Shown one piece after another: positions 8,786 to 18,792 of a stretch of DNA of 64,000 bases. The notes under the pieces are model-generated. The model saw nothing but the letters and a program-made list of their open reading frames with translations, made no database searches and was not told the origin of the DNA. The stretch is taken from positions 1,267-65,266 of the forward strand of contig CAINDA010000065.1 of NCBI GenBank assembly GCA_903847205.1, written 5' to 3'. The first letter of the stretch is position 1, and every line of letters starts with the position of its first letter. The DNA is from an uncultured Bacteroidota bacterium (GTDB lineage: Bacteria > Bacteroidota > Bacteroidia > 2-12-FULL-35-15). The position numbers and the translations under genes are program-made.

Positions 8786-8938
8786 ATGAAGGAAGGCAGA
8801 CCTGCAAATTTTTTAAATGAAATCTAAACTTTACTAAGATGAAAAACTGTTTTATAAAATAAATTAAATCATGCAACCTTTTGAATTCTCTTACATCTAA
8901 CAAAATAAATCAATAATATATATTCTAAAAAAAACACC

Positions 8939-10816
8939 ATGAAAAATAAAATATACATATCAATTTTAATTGCAGGTATGCTTCCGCTTTTATCTGTTAG
9001 AGCGCAGAACACAACCTTGGGCAATATTAATCTGCAGCAGATGCCGTTCTTTAACCATGACTCTACTCAATGTATGTCAGTTGGTGCAATGAATTATACT
9101 ATTACAATAGCTCATGCTTTTTTGGGGGACTCATTAAAAATAGTTAATACAGACTATGCTATGCTCATTGATACTGCTACAAATTATTTGGGCCAAAATC
9201 CATGGGTTATTAATTATTCTCTTCCTGCATCTCAGGTTTATGATCAAGATATGAATAATACCCCCGGCTGGGCGAATATTTACATCTTTGGTACTAAAAT
9301 TATTTTGCAGCAGCATGATTCTATCCAAACCCCTTTGGATACAATGTTTAATATCAATAATAGTGTCGGCGGCATTGTAAATAACCCCTGTATGTTTGGA
9401 AATATTTCAGGAAAAATTTATATCGACAATAACAGCAATTGTATATTCGACGGTACAGATGTTCCTCTGCAGGGAGTTAATGCAGCAGGTCTTGGAAATT
9501 TAGCTGCCCCCTCAGCTTTCCCAACAACCAGCCATAACGGATATACAGACGGCAGCGGAAATTATGTAATGGCAATGCAGCAGACTTATATGACAAATTT
9601 TACTGTTCAGATTCCATCTAACTATCAATTTATTTTTCCTTCCACATCCTGCTCTCCTGTGATGTACACGGGTACTTCACTGCCTCAGTTGAATTATAAT
9701 TTTTCGCTGCAGTGCACAAGCAATGTAGATGTGCAGTGTTATGCAAATTCACCAGGAATTGCACGGCCTAACAAAGCTTTTTTTATGTTCCCTTATGTGA
9801 GCAATACAGGTTGTGATTCAGTTTCGGGACAATTGAAAATGGTGTTAGATTCACGTGTTGTTTATAATGCCGGATTAAGTTCAAATCCAGCTTCATCAAT
9901 ACATGGTGATACCTTAATCTGGAATTACACCAATCTTACTAACTTAACTAACGGTGCATATTGGAATAGTTTTGGTTCCGCCATTCACTTAACTCCTAAC
10001 TTAAGCGTGCATCAGGGCGACACACTCTGTTTCAGAGTAATGACGAATATACCGTCCAATGATTTGGATCCAACAAATAATGATTATACTATCTGCCTGC
10101 CTGTAGTAAATTCGTACGACCCTAACGTAAAATCAGTTTCTCCGAAAGGCAGAGGCCCTCAAGGGGATATTCCGGTAACAACTGATGTACTTACTTATTC
10201 AGTCAGCTTTCAAAATACGGGAAATGCTCCTGCATTAAACATCAGTATAATTGATACTTTGGATTCTGATATTATGCCGCGCAGCTTGAAAATTTTAGGA
10301 TCAAGCCATAATGTTTCTCCTGAGTGGCTTGCTCCGGGTATTGTTAAATTTAATTTTTACAATATTAATTTAGCCGACAGCACAAGCAATGAAGCTGCAA
10401 GCCATGGCTCAATAAGGTTCAGTGTGAAATTAAATTCCGGATTGCTTTTAGGAACAAAAATAAAAAACACTGCGGATATTTATTTTGATTACAATGCTGC
10501 TGTTGTTACTAATACAACTTTGAATACTATTGCATCTGTTACCGGCATTGAAGAGCTTGCAGGTTCATCAGCTTCAGTAAAAGTGTATCCTAATCCATTC
10601 AGCGATAACACAACATTTGTAATGCAGAGTGATAAATTAAATGAAACATATTCATTTGAAATGTATGATCTGCTTGGTAAGCAAGTGAAATCGATAAAGC
10701 AGATAACAGGCAAAGAATTCCAAATTTCACGCAGCGGATTAGAAAATGGAGTTTACTTTTACAAAATTTATACCGCTGAAAATACTGTGAGCATTGGTAA
10801 ATTGGTAATACAATAA
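8939..10816 (+). CDS. Secreted protein with T9SS type A (Por_Secre_tail-like) C-terminal sorting domain
   Basis: Signal peptide. The C-terminal ~80 aa ('KVYPNPFSDNTTFVMQSD…YDLLGKQVKSI…GVYFYKIYT…GKLVIQ') matches the type A CTD. A CARDB/DUF11-like segment 'DPNVKSVSPKG…TYSVSFQNTGNAP' is present. Confidence 0.65.
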   Translation: MKNKIYISILIAGMLPLLSVRAQNTTLGNINLQQMPFFNHDSTQCMSVGAMNYTITIAHAFLGDSLKIVNTDYAMLIDTATNYLGQNPWVINYSLPASQVYDQDMNNTPGWANIYIFGTKIILQQHDSIQTPLDTMFNINNSVGGIVNNPCMFGNISGKIYIDNNSNCIFDGTDVPLQGVNAAGLGNLAAPSAFPTTSHNGYTDGSGNYVMAMQQTYMTNFTVQIPSNYQFIFPSTSCSPVMYTGTSLPQLNYNFSLQCTSNVDVQCYANSPGIARPNKAFFMFPYVSNTGCDSVSGQLKMVLDSRVVYNAGLSSNPASSIHGDTLIWNYTNLTNLTNGAYWNSFGSAIHLTPNLSVHQGDTLCFRVMTNIPSNDLDPTNNDYTICLPVVNSYDPNVKSVSPKGRGPQGDIPVTTDVLTYSVSFQNTGNAPALNISIIDTLDSDIMPRSLKILGSSHNVSPEWLAPGIVKFNFYNINLADSTSNEAASHGSIRFSVKLNSGLLLGTKIKNTADIYFDYNAAVVTNTTLNTIASVTGIEELAGSSASVKVYPNPFSDNTTFVMQSDKLNETYSFEMYDLLGKQVKSIKQITGKEFQISRSGLENGVYFYKIYTAENTVSIGKLVIQ

Positions 10817-10905
10817 AAGAACGCGTCAAATTCAGATTTGGTTTTTTAAGAGATGTTTTGGATGAAATGAATAATTAATCACTAATTTCACAGGTAATAA
10901 AAAAG

Positions 10906-10950
10906 ATTGTATGTTAAGGATCTAAAATTCCTTCATACAATTTTTTTTAT
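10906..10950 (+). terminator. Rho-independent terminator
   Basis: The hairpin 'attgtatgttaagga…tccttcatacaat' is followed by a T8 run. It lies 90 nt after the stop at 10816. Confidence 0.6.
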
Positions 10951-10978
10951 TTAATAATTTTACCAAAATTTTTTTATT

Positions 10979-11587
10979 ATGAGAAGTATATCCTGGGCCT
11001 TAACTGCTTTTTTTATTGTTATGCTTATGAGTTGTCAACAGCAGCCAAAAATAAATTCGGCTGCTGAAATCAAATCAGCTGCAGATTCAATTATCAATCT
11101 AAAGCTTGGTTCTTCTTTCTTATCAAAACACCCGCTGGCAGCATGGATGCGGAAAAGTCCTGTAGAGATAGGCTGTATGCTTGAATCTGAGTTTTCGTAT
11201 AAGGATTCTGTTTTTAACTGCGGCAAAAAAAGCTATGTTAATAAAGGCGATCCCTGCAAAAACACCACTGAATATTACGAAGGAATTAAGTTCCCGAATA
11301 ATCTTGCCTCAAAAGTGAATCCTCTTATCAAAGAAATAAATTTAGATTTTGAACATGGAAATTTGAGAGAAGTAACAATTACTTTTAGGGACAGTATTCT
11401 GAAAAATAAAGTAAGAGAGATTTTTAATTTACCGCAGTCTGGAAGTTCCATGCCTGAAAATGTTACAAACATTGGGTTTGGCGAAAATGTTTTTTCAAAA
11501 GAAAAACCTTTTGATGCAAATTATACCAGGTGGCTTTCAATTACAAGTTTCGACCACATGGGAGCGGGTGATGTAGATTGTGAATAA
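10979..11587 (+). CDS. Hypothetical lipoprotein
   Basis: Signal peptide with lipobox 'LMSC'. No domain recognised. Confidence 0.45.
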   Translation: MRSISWALTAFFIVMLMSCQQQPKINSAAEIKSAADSIINLKLGSSFLSKHPLAAWMRKSPVEIGCMLESEFSYKDSVFNCGKKSYVNKGDPCKNTTEYYEGIKFPNNLASKVNPLIKEINLDFEHGNLREVTITFRDSILKNKVREIFNLPQSGSSMPENVTNIGFGENVFSKEKPFDANYTRWLSITSFDHMGAGDVDCE

Positions 11588-11692
11588 TGGTTGAAGGAAC
11601 TTTAGAACCATTTATTTATAATTACCACGTTTAAAATGTACCTTAGCCTTATAAAAGCTGATCCCAATTTCAGCTTTATTAAAGGTTTTAAA

Positions 11693-12730
11693 ATGACCGC
11701 CAGAACACAAACTGCTGATTTATTAAAGGGAATTGCCGTACTCCTAATGATTCAGGTGCATATCATTGAATTATTTGCAAGCCAGGATATTTACAACAGC
11801 GGCTGGGGCAGTATATTGCTTTTCCTGGGAGGCCCGCCGGTAGCGCCCATCTTCACAATCATTTTCGGGTACTTTATTGCATCTTCAAAAAGATCAGCCC
11901 TTCAGTTGATAAGTCGCGGACTGAAAATTATCTGCATCGGATTTCTTTTAAACATTGCATTAAATTTTAATTTAATTATATCAGTAAGTAAAGGTGTATA
12001 TCAGATTGATCTGCTTCCTTATATTTTCGGTGTAGATATTTTACCCTTTGCAGGAATCAGCATTATTGTAATTGCTCTGTTAAAAAATATAATTGAAAAA
12101 AGTTTAATTTTTGTAATTGCCTGCATTATTGTTTCAGCATTTTTAGGACAGTTTCTTTTAGACTTTGTTCCTCAAAATATAAACCTGAAATATATTTCCG
12201 CTTTCTTTTACGGCAGTGCCAAATGGTCTTACTTCCCTTTATTTCCCTGGTTAGCCTATCCATTGGCGGGTATCGCATTTTATAAACTGAAGCAGCGTTA
12301 TGATTTCAACTTTTTACATACTGCAAAAATTAAAATTGCTGCGGCTATTTTATTTTTAATGTTTTTAATTTTTACAATTAATTATGCAGTTAATGTTTCA
12401 TCTGATCTGCCTTTGTATTATCACCACGGTATCCTCTTTGTTTTATGGGTGATTTTGTTTTTATGTTTTTACAGTTTTTTTATGTCAGGAATAGATAAAT
12501 TATTGGGAGAAACTTTTGTATTGAAATACATTAAATGGCTGGGTGAAAATGTTACTGCTGTTTATATTATTCAATGGATTATAATCGGCAATACAGCAAC
12601 GGAAATTTATAAAACTATTTCATCGCCGATGAATTTACTTTTTTCTTTCTTCTCTGCTTTGGTTTCTGCAAGCCTTGTCTGCTATCTATGGCTTTGGATA
12701 AAAGAAAAACTTAATAAGAAGCCTGCATAG
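11693..12730 (+). CDS. Polytopic membrane protein, HGSNAT/DUF1624-like acyltransferase family (tentative)
   Basis: Starting at the internal Met gives 'MTARTQTADLLKGIAVLLMIQVH', which resembles the R/DLLRGIA…H N-terminal motif of DUF1624 membrane acyltransferases. The protein has about ten TM helices. Confidence 0.4.
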   Translation: MTARTQTADLLKGIAVLLMIQVHIIELFASQDIYNSGWGSILLFLGGPPVAPIFTIIFGYFIASSKRSALQLISRGLKIICIGFLLNIALNFNLIISVSKGVYQIDLLPYIFGVDILPFAGISIIVIALLKNIIEKSLIFVIACIIVSAFLGQFLLDFVPQNINLKYISAFFYGSAKWSYFPLFPWLAYPLAGIAFYKLKQRYDFNFLHTAKIKIAAAILFLMFLIFTINYAVNVSSDLPLYYHHGILFVLWVILFLCFYSFFMSGIDKLLGETFVLKYIKWLGENVTAVYIIQWIIIGNTATEIYKTISSPMNLLFSFFSALVSASLVCYLWLWIKEKLNKKPA

Positions 12731-12798
12731 TTTTTAAAATTGGAGAGGAAATATTTTTCTTGTTTTTATTCTGATCCTGAATTTGTTTTTAATAACAT

Positions 12799-13566
12799 TT
12801 ATGTCGCTGCTCTCTCTGTAGTATTTTGGTAGGTTTCATCATATTTGGCGTGCATTGTTCCCATCATTCTATCCCAGATTGTGGTCCATAAGCCGTAATT
12901 TTTTACAAAATATTTATGATGCATATTGTGTGCAGTTGAGGTATTGAGCCATCTGCCGAACCAATGCAGATTAAATTTTTTTGGAAAAATTTCGAAACCT
13001 AGATGCCCGTAAACATTGTAAGTAATCTGAAACAGTGTGTAGATAATTATTGCAGAGCGGTGGGTTGGAATAGAAAAGGCAATGATAGGTACAATCAGAG
13101 CTTCCATTACCGCTTCAATCGGATGAAAGGCATATGAAGTCCAAGGCGATGGATTATTAGATTTATGATGAATGAGATGCACATATTTGAAAATTTTAGG
13201 ATGATGCATCAGGCGGTGTGCCCAATAAAAATACGCATCATGCAGAAAAAACATCCAGATAAATGTGAAGAAGTAATAGGGCATGCCGTAATCTGTGATC
13301 TTATCATACATGTTTGTGTATGGCTTTAAGATTGTGAATGTGCATACGGTAACACCTGCGAAAATTGCAACTGAAATACCGGAATAAAAAACATCACGCA
13401 GGTAATCTTTTATTTTGGGGAACTTGGGCTGCACTTTTCTGGACAGCATCACTTTTTTTAAAATGATGTAAAACAAAATAAACACAGTGCCTGCCATTAA
13501 AAAATAGCGTGAGCCAATTTTAAGATAAGCGGTCTGCCAGCTGGATAAAAATTCTTGTAAGGTCAT
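12799..13566 (-). CDS. Fatty acid hydroxylase superfamily protein (sterol desaturase-like)
   Basis: Three histidine boxes are present: 'HRLMHH', 'HLIHHKSNNPSPW' and 'HNMHH'. The N-terminus has several TM helices. Confidence 0.7.
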   Translation of the reverse strand: MTLQEFLSSWQTAYLKIGSRYFLMAGTVFILFYIILKKVMLSRKVQPKFPKIKDYLRDVFYSGISVAIFAGVTVCTFTILKPYTNMYDKITDYGMPYYFFTFIWMFFLHDAYFYWAHRLMHHPKIFKYVHLIHHKSNNPSPWTSYAFHPIEAVMEALIVPIIAFSIPTHRSAIIIYTLFQITYNVYGHLGFEIFPKKFNLHWFGRWLNTSTAHNMHHKYFVKNYGLWTTIWDRMMGTMHAKYDETYQNTTERAAT

Positions 13567-13680
13567 TTTGTTTTTATTTTTAGCAGGAAATGGAGATAGG
13601 CCGGACTCATTAAAATAATTTTTAATCTTGTTGCAGCTTAGAATGCAATTGTTATTTAGCTCCTGATAAATGGAAGGACT

Positions 13681-15162
13681 CTATAACATTTTAAATCCAA
13701 TATCTTCCATCAAATCTGCTTCAGTTAATAATCCTGCATCTATCATGTCTGCTTTGTATTGCGCACGAAGGGCTCTGATCCATCTTTTACCGCGCACCGA
13801 AAGCTCAAAATCATCAGACATTAAACGGCCTCGCATTACCAGAATTCCTAAGTCGGCGCCTTCATAAAAGTATCCGTCTTTTTGTGTAATCTGTAAATAA
13901 AAAGCTTCGTTATCACCTGCAACGGACTGCCTGTGTGCATTCATTTTTTTAAATTTTATTTTTCCGTTTTTTTTCATTTCCCAGATGCCGGACTCAGGTG
14001 CTTTGGTGACAAGCTCCAATGTTTTGCGTGTATGTTTAATTATCAGCTGACTCCAGCTGTCCATGTTTTCGCCCTTTGCCCAACGGTTGGTTAATTCCTG
14101 AACATTTATTTCATAAGGTACATCAAGCCATTCAAGCAGGTGAAATAAAAAAAGAGGAACATCAGTCATCGCAAACTTTGCGTGATTAGTGATTGAACTT
14201 GCTCCTGAAATTCTCGGGTTTAATTCGCCTAGATAAACTTCTCCGTTATCCTGATCAATTAAAAAGTCAAGTTCGAAATAGCCCTTGTATCCTTCCTTTC
14301 GGAGCTGATCGCCGAATAGCTGCGTATATTTCGTCGCTTTTTCTCTTATGTCATGAGTGAATGCATTTGGATAAATTTCATTTCCGCACCAGCCGCCTTT
14401 GTAGGGTGTTAATTCTTTGAAGCCTACTAATTCAGTCATTAACGGAGCTGCCAGCGTTCCGTGTTTAGTAACACATCCCTCAATTGCAGAACCGTGGCAG
14501 TTGATTCGTTTCATTATTTTTACTTCTTTCTCTTCAATGATTTGTGTTTTGTAAATATTAAAATCATCTTCGTTCGAAATAAAAAATGTGGTATGCCCTG
14601 AATCACCGAAAGGAGTCTGCACTACAAGGTGTTCGCCGAGTTTGTTAGAAACTTTTTGCAGATGAGAATAATTTTCAACCGGTGACAGCACATACGGAAC
14701 ACATGCTACGCCGGCCTTTTCAGCGATACGGTTGGTATTTACCTTGTTATCTAAAAAAGTTCTGAGTTTCGCTGAAGGAAAACAAACATCCAGTCCGATT
14801 GCCTTTGCAAGCTCTTCCGTTTTTTCATTAAACATTAAAAACAGCGCCTTTCCTGCTTTTCCGTTAACGCTTCTTGATTTTATATATTCAATTACTTCAG
14901 GATGCTGCAGCAGATAATTATTAATGTCTTCGATGCTTTGAAATTCTTCGTGAGGAACTTCTTCTTTGGGAGAAAATAAATTAGGATGTTTCCCCTCGAA
15001 ACAATCGATGTGGCTGATGTATTTGAAATTATTTATCCATTCATCTATGCCCAATAAATTAAAATTGGTTGCACTTATAAAATAGATAGGTGTTTCATTT
15101 GATTTGAAAAATTGTTTTATATCTGATAGACCAGCTAATGTTTTTTGTTCTTTAGAAGCCAT
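13681..15162 (-). CDS. ATP-grasp family ligase
   Basis: 'LGELNPRISGAS' matches the E(V/M)NPR(V/L)S motif of ATP-grasp enzymes such as CPSase and biotin carboxylase. A Gly-rich 'KGGWCGNE' segment is present. The gene sits 85 nt downstream of the decarboxylase on the same strand. Confidence 0.6.
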   Translation of the reverse strand: MASKEQKTLAGLSDIKQFFKSNETPIYFISATNFNLLGIDEWINNFKYISHIDCFEGKHPNLFSPKEEVPHEEFQSIEDINNYLLQHPEVIEYIKSRSVNGKAGKALFLMFNEKTEELAKAIGLDVCFPSAKLRTFLDNKVNTNRIAEKAGVACVPYVLSPVENYSHLQKVSNKLGEHLVVQTPFGDSGHTTFFISNEDDFNIYKTQIIEEKEVKIMKRINCHGSAIEGCVTKHGTLAAPLMTELVGFKELTPYKGGWCGNEIYPNAFTHDIREKATKYTQLFGDQLRKEGYKGYFELDFLIDQDNGEVYLGELNPRISGASSITNHAKFAMTDVPLFLFHLLEWLDVPYEINVQELTNRWAKGENMDSWSQLIIKHTRKTLELVTKAPESGIWEMKKNGKIKFKKMNAHRQSVAGDNEAFYLQITQKDGYFYEGADLGILVMRGRLMSDDFELSVRGKRWIRALRAQYKADMIDAGLLTEADLMEDIGFKML

Positions 15163-15247
15163 ATAAATTTAATTTGAAAATTTGAAAATGTTATAATTTG
15201 ACAATAATTTTTTAATCATGTAATTATCAAATTATCAAATTGATTAT

Positions 15248-17989
15248 TTATTTTTTAGTTTTGCCTTTATTCTCGCTAAACTGCATCATTGCACCCATTG
15301 CAGAGGTTGTGTTTTTACGGTTGAGCGCCTCTTCGGTAAATACTTTTAATCCAAGCTCAACACGGTAGCCGTGAATTTCTTTTACATCTAAAGCAATCAT
15401 AAATCGTATGATTTCTTCGCTCACAACCTGGCCTGGTACTAATATCGGGAAGCCGGGAGGGTAGGGGATTACAAAAGAAGTGGATACTAATTCTTTCTTT
15501 TTATTTAATTCGCCCAGGCATTCGCCCAAAGGAACATACTCACACATATCCTCATCATAAGCGAGAAAAAATGCTTCCCGGATATTACCTCCCGGAACTC
15601 CCGGTGAAGCCTGGAATGAGCGGTGAAAGTAACTGAAATCAGGCAGCGGAGGCACATCATTTATCAGTGAGTGAATTTGTTTTTTAGAAATTTCAGATTC
15701 TCTTTTATTTAATGAACGGTTGCTTTCGTCCAGCTCATCAGCAATCTGAAGCAATGCATTAATTAAAAATGTTACGCTGCCTCGTGTTGTGCCGATATTG
15801 GTCATCAGTAAAACAGTGTTGCGTGATGTTTTATTTACCTGGATATTGAAGCGGTCCATCAGGTAGGAGTTTTTGAATACATCGCCTGTTATTCCTGCCT
15901 TTCCGACTGAGAGTGTAATTTTTGTCGGATCCAAAACAAACTCGTCTTTCTCCCATGATTCTTCCATCCGGTCCCATCCGTCTTCCACAGAGTAATATTC
16001 GCTTCTGCCGAATTCGCGGTAAGCTTCAGGAATAATATCTTTTACGGTAAGCACATGAAAGTACTTGCTTAATTTTGGATGATCCTGAATTTTAGACCGC
16101 AGCACCATCGCCATTTCTATACTCTTTTCAACTAATTCATATCCCTCTAACTCCACCTGTCTGCGACCTGCGTCCATTGATGCAAGAATTTGATAATTTG
16201 CAGAAGTAGTAGTATGCGTCATATAGGATTCCTGAAAATTATCAGCAACCCTGCGGCTGTATTCTTCATCCCAAACCTGAATCATCGATCCCTGGCGGAA
16301 GCAGGAAAGAGTTTTATGCGTGCTCTGTGTTGCATATACTCTTATTTTAACTTTCTCAGGATCGGGGAGAGAAGGCATTTCATTCGGCTTTAAGCCTGCT
16401 ATATGTTCTTTGTATTTAATTTTATATTCTTCGCTTCTGTATTTGTGAAATAATTTCTGAGCGACATACATGCCCGTGCGCTGCTTGTAGGTGTAAGTGA
16501 AACTCGCAAAAGCAAACCATGCCTCATCCCATAAAAAAACCATATCTGGTTTAATTGCAAGTACCGTTTCCATTACCTTTTCTACGTTGTAAACCAGGCC
16601 GTCAAACGTGCAGTTGGTGAGCAGCAGCATTTTTACTTTATCTAATCTGCCTGCTGAATTTAATGCAATCAGCTTCTCTTTAATGACCCTTAGCGGGACA
16701 GCACCATACATCGAATACTCCTCAATAGGATAAGAATCTAAATATGCTGGGAAAGCACCTGCTAATACAAGTCCGTAGTGGTGCGACTTGTGGCAGTCTC
16801 TATCTACAAGCACTACATCACCCGGACGAATTAATGCCTGCTGCACAATTTTATTTGCGGTTGATGTACCGTTGGTAACAAAAAATGTATGCTCAGCTCC
16901 GTAAGCTTTCGCCGCTTTTTCCTGAGCCTTTTTTAAAGATCCTTTTGGCTGCAAAAGAGAATCGAGCCCGCCGTTAGTGGCAGATGTTTCGGCTAAAAAA
17001 ACATTTCTGCCGTAAAAATCTCCCAGGTCAGAAATCCAGCGCGACTTAAAAACAGAATTTCCTCTGGATATCGGCATCGCGTGAAAAACGCTTGTTGGTC
17101 TTTTGCTGTATTCCGTTAACGCAGTAAAGAAAGGTGTTTCATAGCGATCATTGATGCCGCTGATAATTGTTAAGTGCAGTTCCTGGATATCTTCCATGCG
17201 GTAAAATATCCGTCTGAAGGCTTTAAGAGTTGAGTCTTCTAAATGAGTTAATGATGTGTCAGTGATGTAATAAATGTCTAATTCAGGCCTGAACTGATGA
17301 ATATATTTTCCTAAAAGAGGCCCCAACTCAGCATCTGTTACATTTGTTAAATCGATTTTTAAAACGTTTTGAATAAACGGTTTTATATATTTTGTAAGGT
17401 TTGTTGAGGCATGCAGCGGTGCATACCTTATGCAGGCTGCCTGTATGTTGTAATTAAAAAAAAGACATATTAACGCATCTTGAAACGAATGCTGTACAAC
17501 AATATCATACGTAAGTTTGCTGTATGGATTTATGAGTTCTTTAAATTTACTTTTAAGTGCGGCCTCTTCTTTAGACGACATATCTTCGACATAAAGCACT
17601 TCAAAATAATTTTTTTTAGAACGGCCTGGTTGTTTCTCTTTTTTACTATCGCTGGGAAAACTGCCGTCTATATATTCGCCGAGCATTTCCGGATGTGTTC
17701 TGTAATTATCACTTACCAATAAATAAACTATTTCTGTAACCTGGTTGCTGACTGCTTTTAACTCCCCTTTCTTTACGGATTTAATTATTCTGCTCACGAG
17801 TGATGAGCCGGGAAATGAAAAGTACTGCTCTATGCTCAGCAAGTTCTGAAGCACCTCATTTAACTCAGATAAACGTTCATCAAATATTTTTTCGTCCGAC
17901 TGAACGCGGGTTATTAAATTGCTTTTTTCTTTAAGCTCATTCCACAAATCAATTCTTAATTGATTGATATTATAATGTTTTGAATTCAT
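15248..17989 (-). CDS. Large fold-I Orn/Lys/Arg decarboxylase (PLP-dependent), 913 aa
   Basis: 'YATQSTHKTLSCFRQGSMIQV' closely matches the PLP-lysine region 'TQSTHKLLAAFSQASMIHV' of E. coli LdcI/AdiA-type decarboxylases. The N-terminal extension is longer than in the 715-755-aa enterobacterial enzymes. Confidence 0.8.
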   Translation of the reverse strand: MNSKHYNINQLRIDLWNELKEKSNLITRVQSDEKIFDERLSELNEVLQNLLSIEQYFSFPGSSLVSRIIKSVKKGELKAVSNQVTEIVYLLVSDNYRTHPEMLGEYIDGSFPSDSKKEKQPGRSKKNYFEVLYVEDMSSKEEAALKSKFKELINPYSKLTYDIVVQHSFQDALICLFFNYNIQAACIRYAPLHASTNLTKYIKPFIQNVLKIDLTNVTDAELGPLLGKYIHQFRPELDIYYITDTSLTHLEDSTLKAFRRIFYRMEDIQELHLTIISGINDRYETPFFTALTEYSKRPTSVFHAMPISRGNSVFKSRWISDLGDFYGRNVFLAETSATNGGLDSLLQPKGSLKKAQEKAAKAYGAEHTFFVTNGTSTANKIVQQALIRPGDVVLVDRDCHKSHHYGLVLAGAFPAYLDSYPIEEYSMYGAVPLRVIKEKLIALNSAGRLDKVKMLLLTNCTFDGLVYNVEKVMETVLAIKPDMVFLWDEAWFAFASFTYTYKQRTGMYVAQKLFHKYRSEEYKIKYKEHIAGLKPNEMPSLPDPEKVKIRVYATQSTHKTLSCFRQGSMIQVWDEEYSRRVADNFQESYMTHTTTSANYQILASMDAGRRQVELEGYELVEKSIEMAMVLRSKIQDHPKLSKYFHVLTVKDIIPEAYREFGRSEYYSVEDGWDRMEESWEKDEFVLDPTKITLSVGKAGITGDVFKNSYLMDRFNIQVNKTSRNTVLLMTNIGTTRGSVTFLINALLQIADELDESNRSLNKRESEISKKQIHSLINDVPPLPDFSYFHRSFQASPGVPGGNIREAFFLAYDEDMCEYVPLGECLGELNKKKELVSTSFVIPYPPGFPILVPGQVVSEEIIRFMIALDVKEIHGYRVELGLKVFTEEALNRKNTTSAMGAMMQFSENKGKTKK

Positions 17990-18078
17990 GTTGGATATTG
18001 GATGTTAGATAATGGAAGTTGGATGTTAAATACAGGATGTTGGATTATTCAAATATCTATCTAACATCCAACATCTAT
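17990..18078 (-). promoter_or_regulatory. Upstream region of the decarboxylase operon with five direct TGGATGTT repeats (plus strand) and an inverted repeat (TGGATGTTAGATA / TATCTAACATCCA)
   Basis: Direct reading shows 'gttggatattggatgttagataatggaagttggatgttaaatacaggatgttggat…tatctaacatccaacatc'. The region lies between the stop of the VOC-family gene and the start of the decarboxylase gene. Confidence 0.4.
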
Positions 18079-18516
18079 TTAATGCTTAGAATGCAGCGCC
18101 AGCCTGTTTCCTTCGGAGTCAATAAATAAAGCAAAATAGCCGGCTGTATCACTGAGGTAGGTTTTTTCCATTACAACTCTGCCTCCTGCTTCATTTACTT
18201 TTGCAAGCACATTATTTAAATCATCACCGCCGTTTAAATAAATTAAGGGGCCTATTTCGCTGGGAACACAGCCATGACCGGTAACTATTGCTCCTCCTAT
18301 GCCGCTTTCAGCAGGAAAAAATCCCATAGCAAAGCCATTCAGTTCAACAGTTGTCATTTCAATGCCGTAGATATAATTAAAAAAAGCAACTGATCTGTAA
18401 TGGTTATAGGCAGGGATTTCGAACCAGGTTACAAAATTTTTAAACACCGACTCCTCCTTCAATTTCAGTAAATTGGCTTCTTTTATTTTGTTTTTTAAAT
18501 TAACCGTTGACCCCAT
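18079..18516 (-). CDS. VOC (glyoxalase/bleomycin resistance-like) family protein
   Basis: The fold pattern 'FFPAESGIGGAIV…YLNGGDDLNNVLAKVNEAGGRVV…FIDSEGNRLALHS' is typical of VOC-family proteins. Confidence 0.5.
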   Translation of the reverse strand: MGSTVNLKNKIKEANLLKLKEESVFKNFVTWFEIPAYNHYRSVAFFNYIYGIEMTTVELNGFAMGFFPAESGIGGAIVTGHGCVPSEIGPLIYLNGGDDLNNVLAKVNEAGGRVVMEKTYLSDTAGYFALFIDSEGNRLALHSKH

Positions 18517-18792
18517 AGCTGTTTACAATTGATTGGTTTTTAAGCTTAAATTTATTTTATAACCCGAAATCATTTTAATATTTACAAACAAATATAATAT
18601 TTTATAGATTAAGTAAATGTCATTCTTCTTAATTAAAACACATGACAAATTCCGTAATTTTTTTATAATGAATTTTGTGCACAATTAGTTCAAATAAAAC
18701 TCTAATTTTATCGCCTTATTATTAAAAAAGGAACGTCTCTTTTAAGGGAAGCGCTTCATCAGGCTATTACAAGAAAATTTTAACAGTATATT

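Noticed and set aside
8572-8903. Overlapping 82-aa (+) and 106-aa (-) ORFs in the 8.6-8.8 kb intergenic region
   Set aside because: Both are mirror-image readings of the perfect palindrome. The region is better explained as a structured DNA/RNA element.
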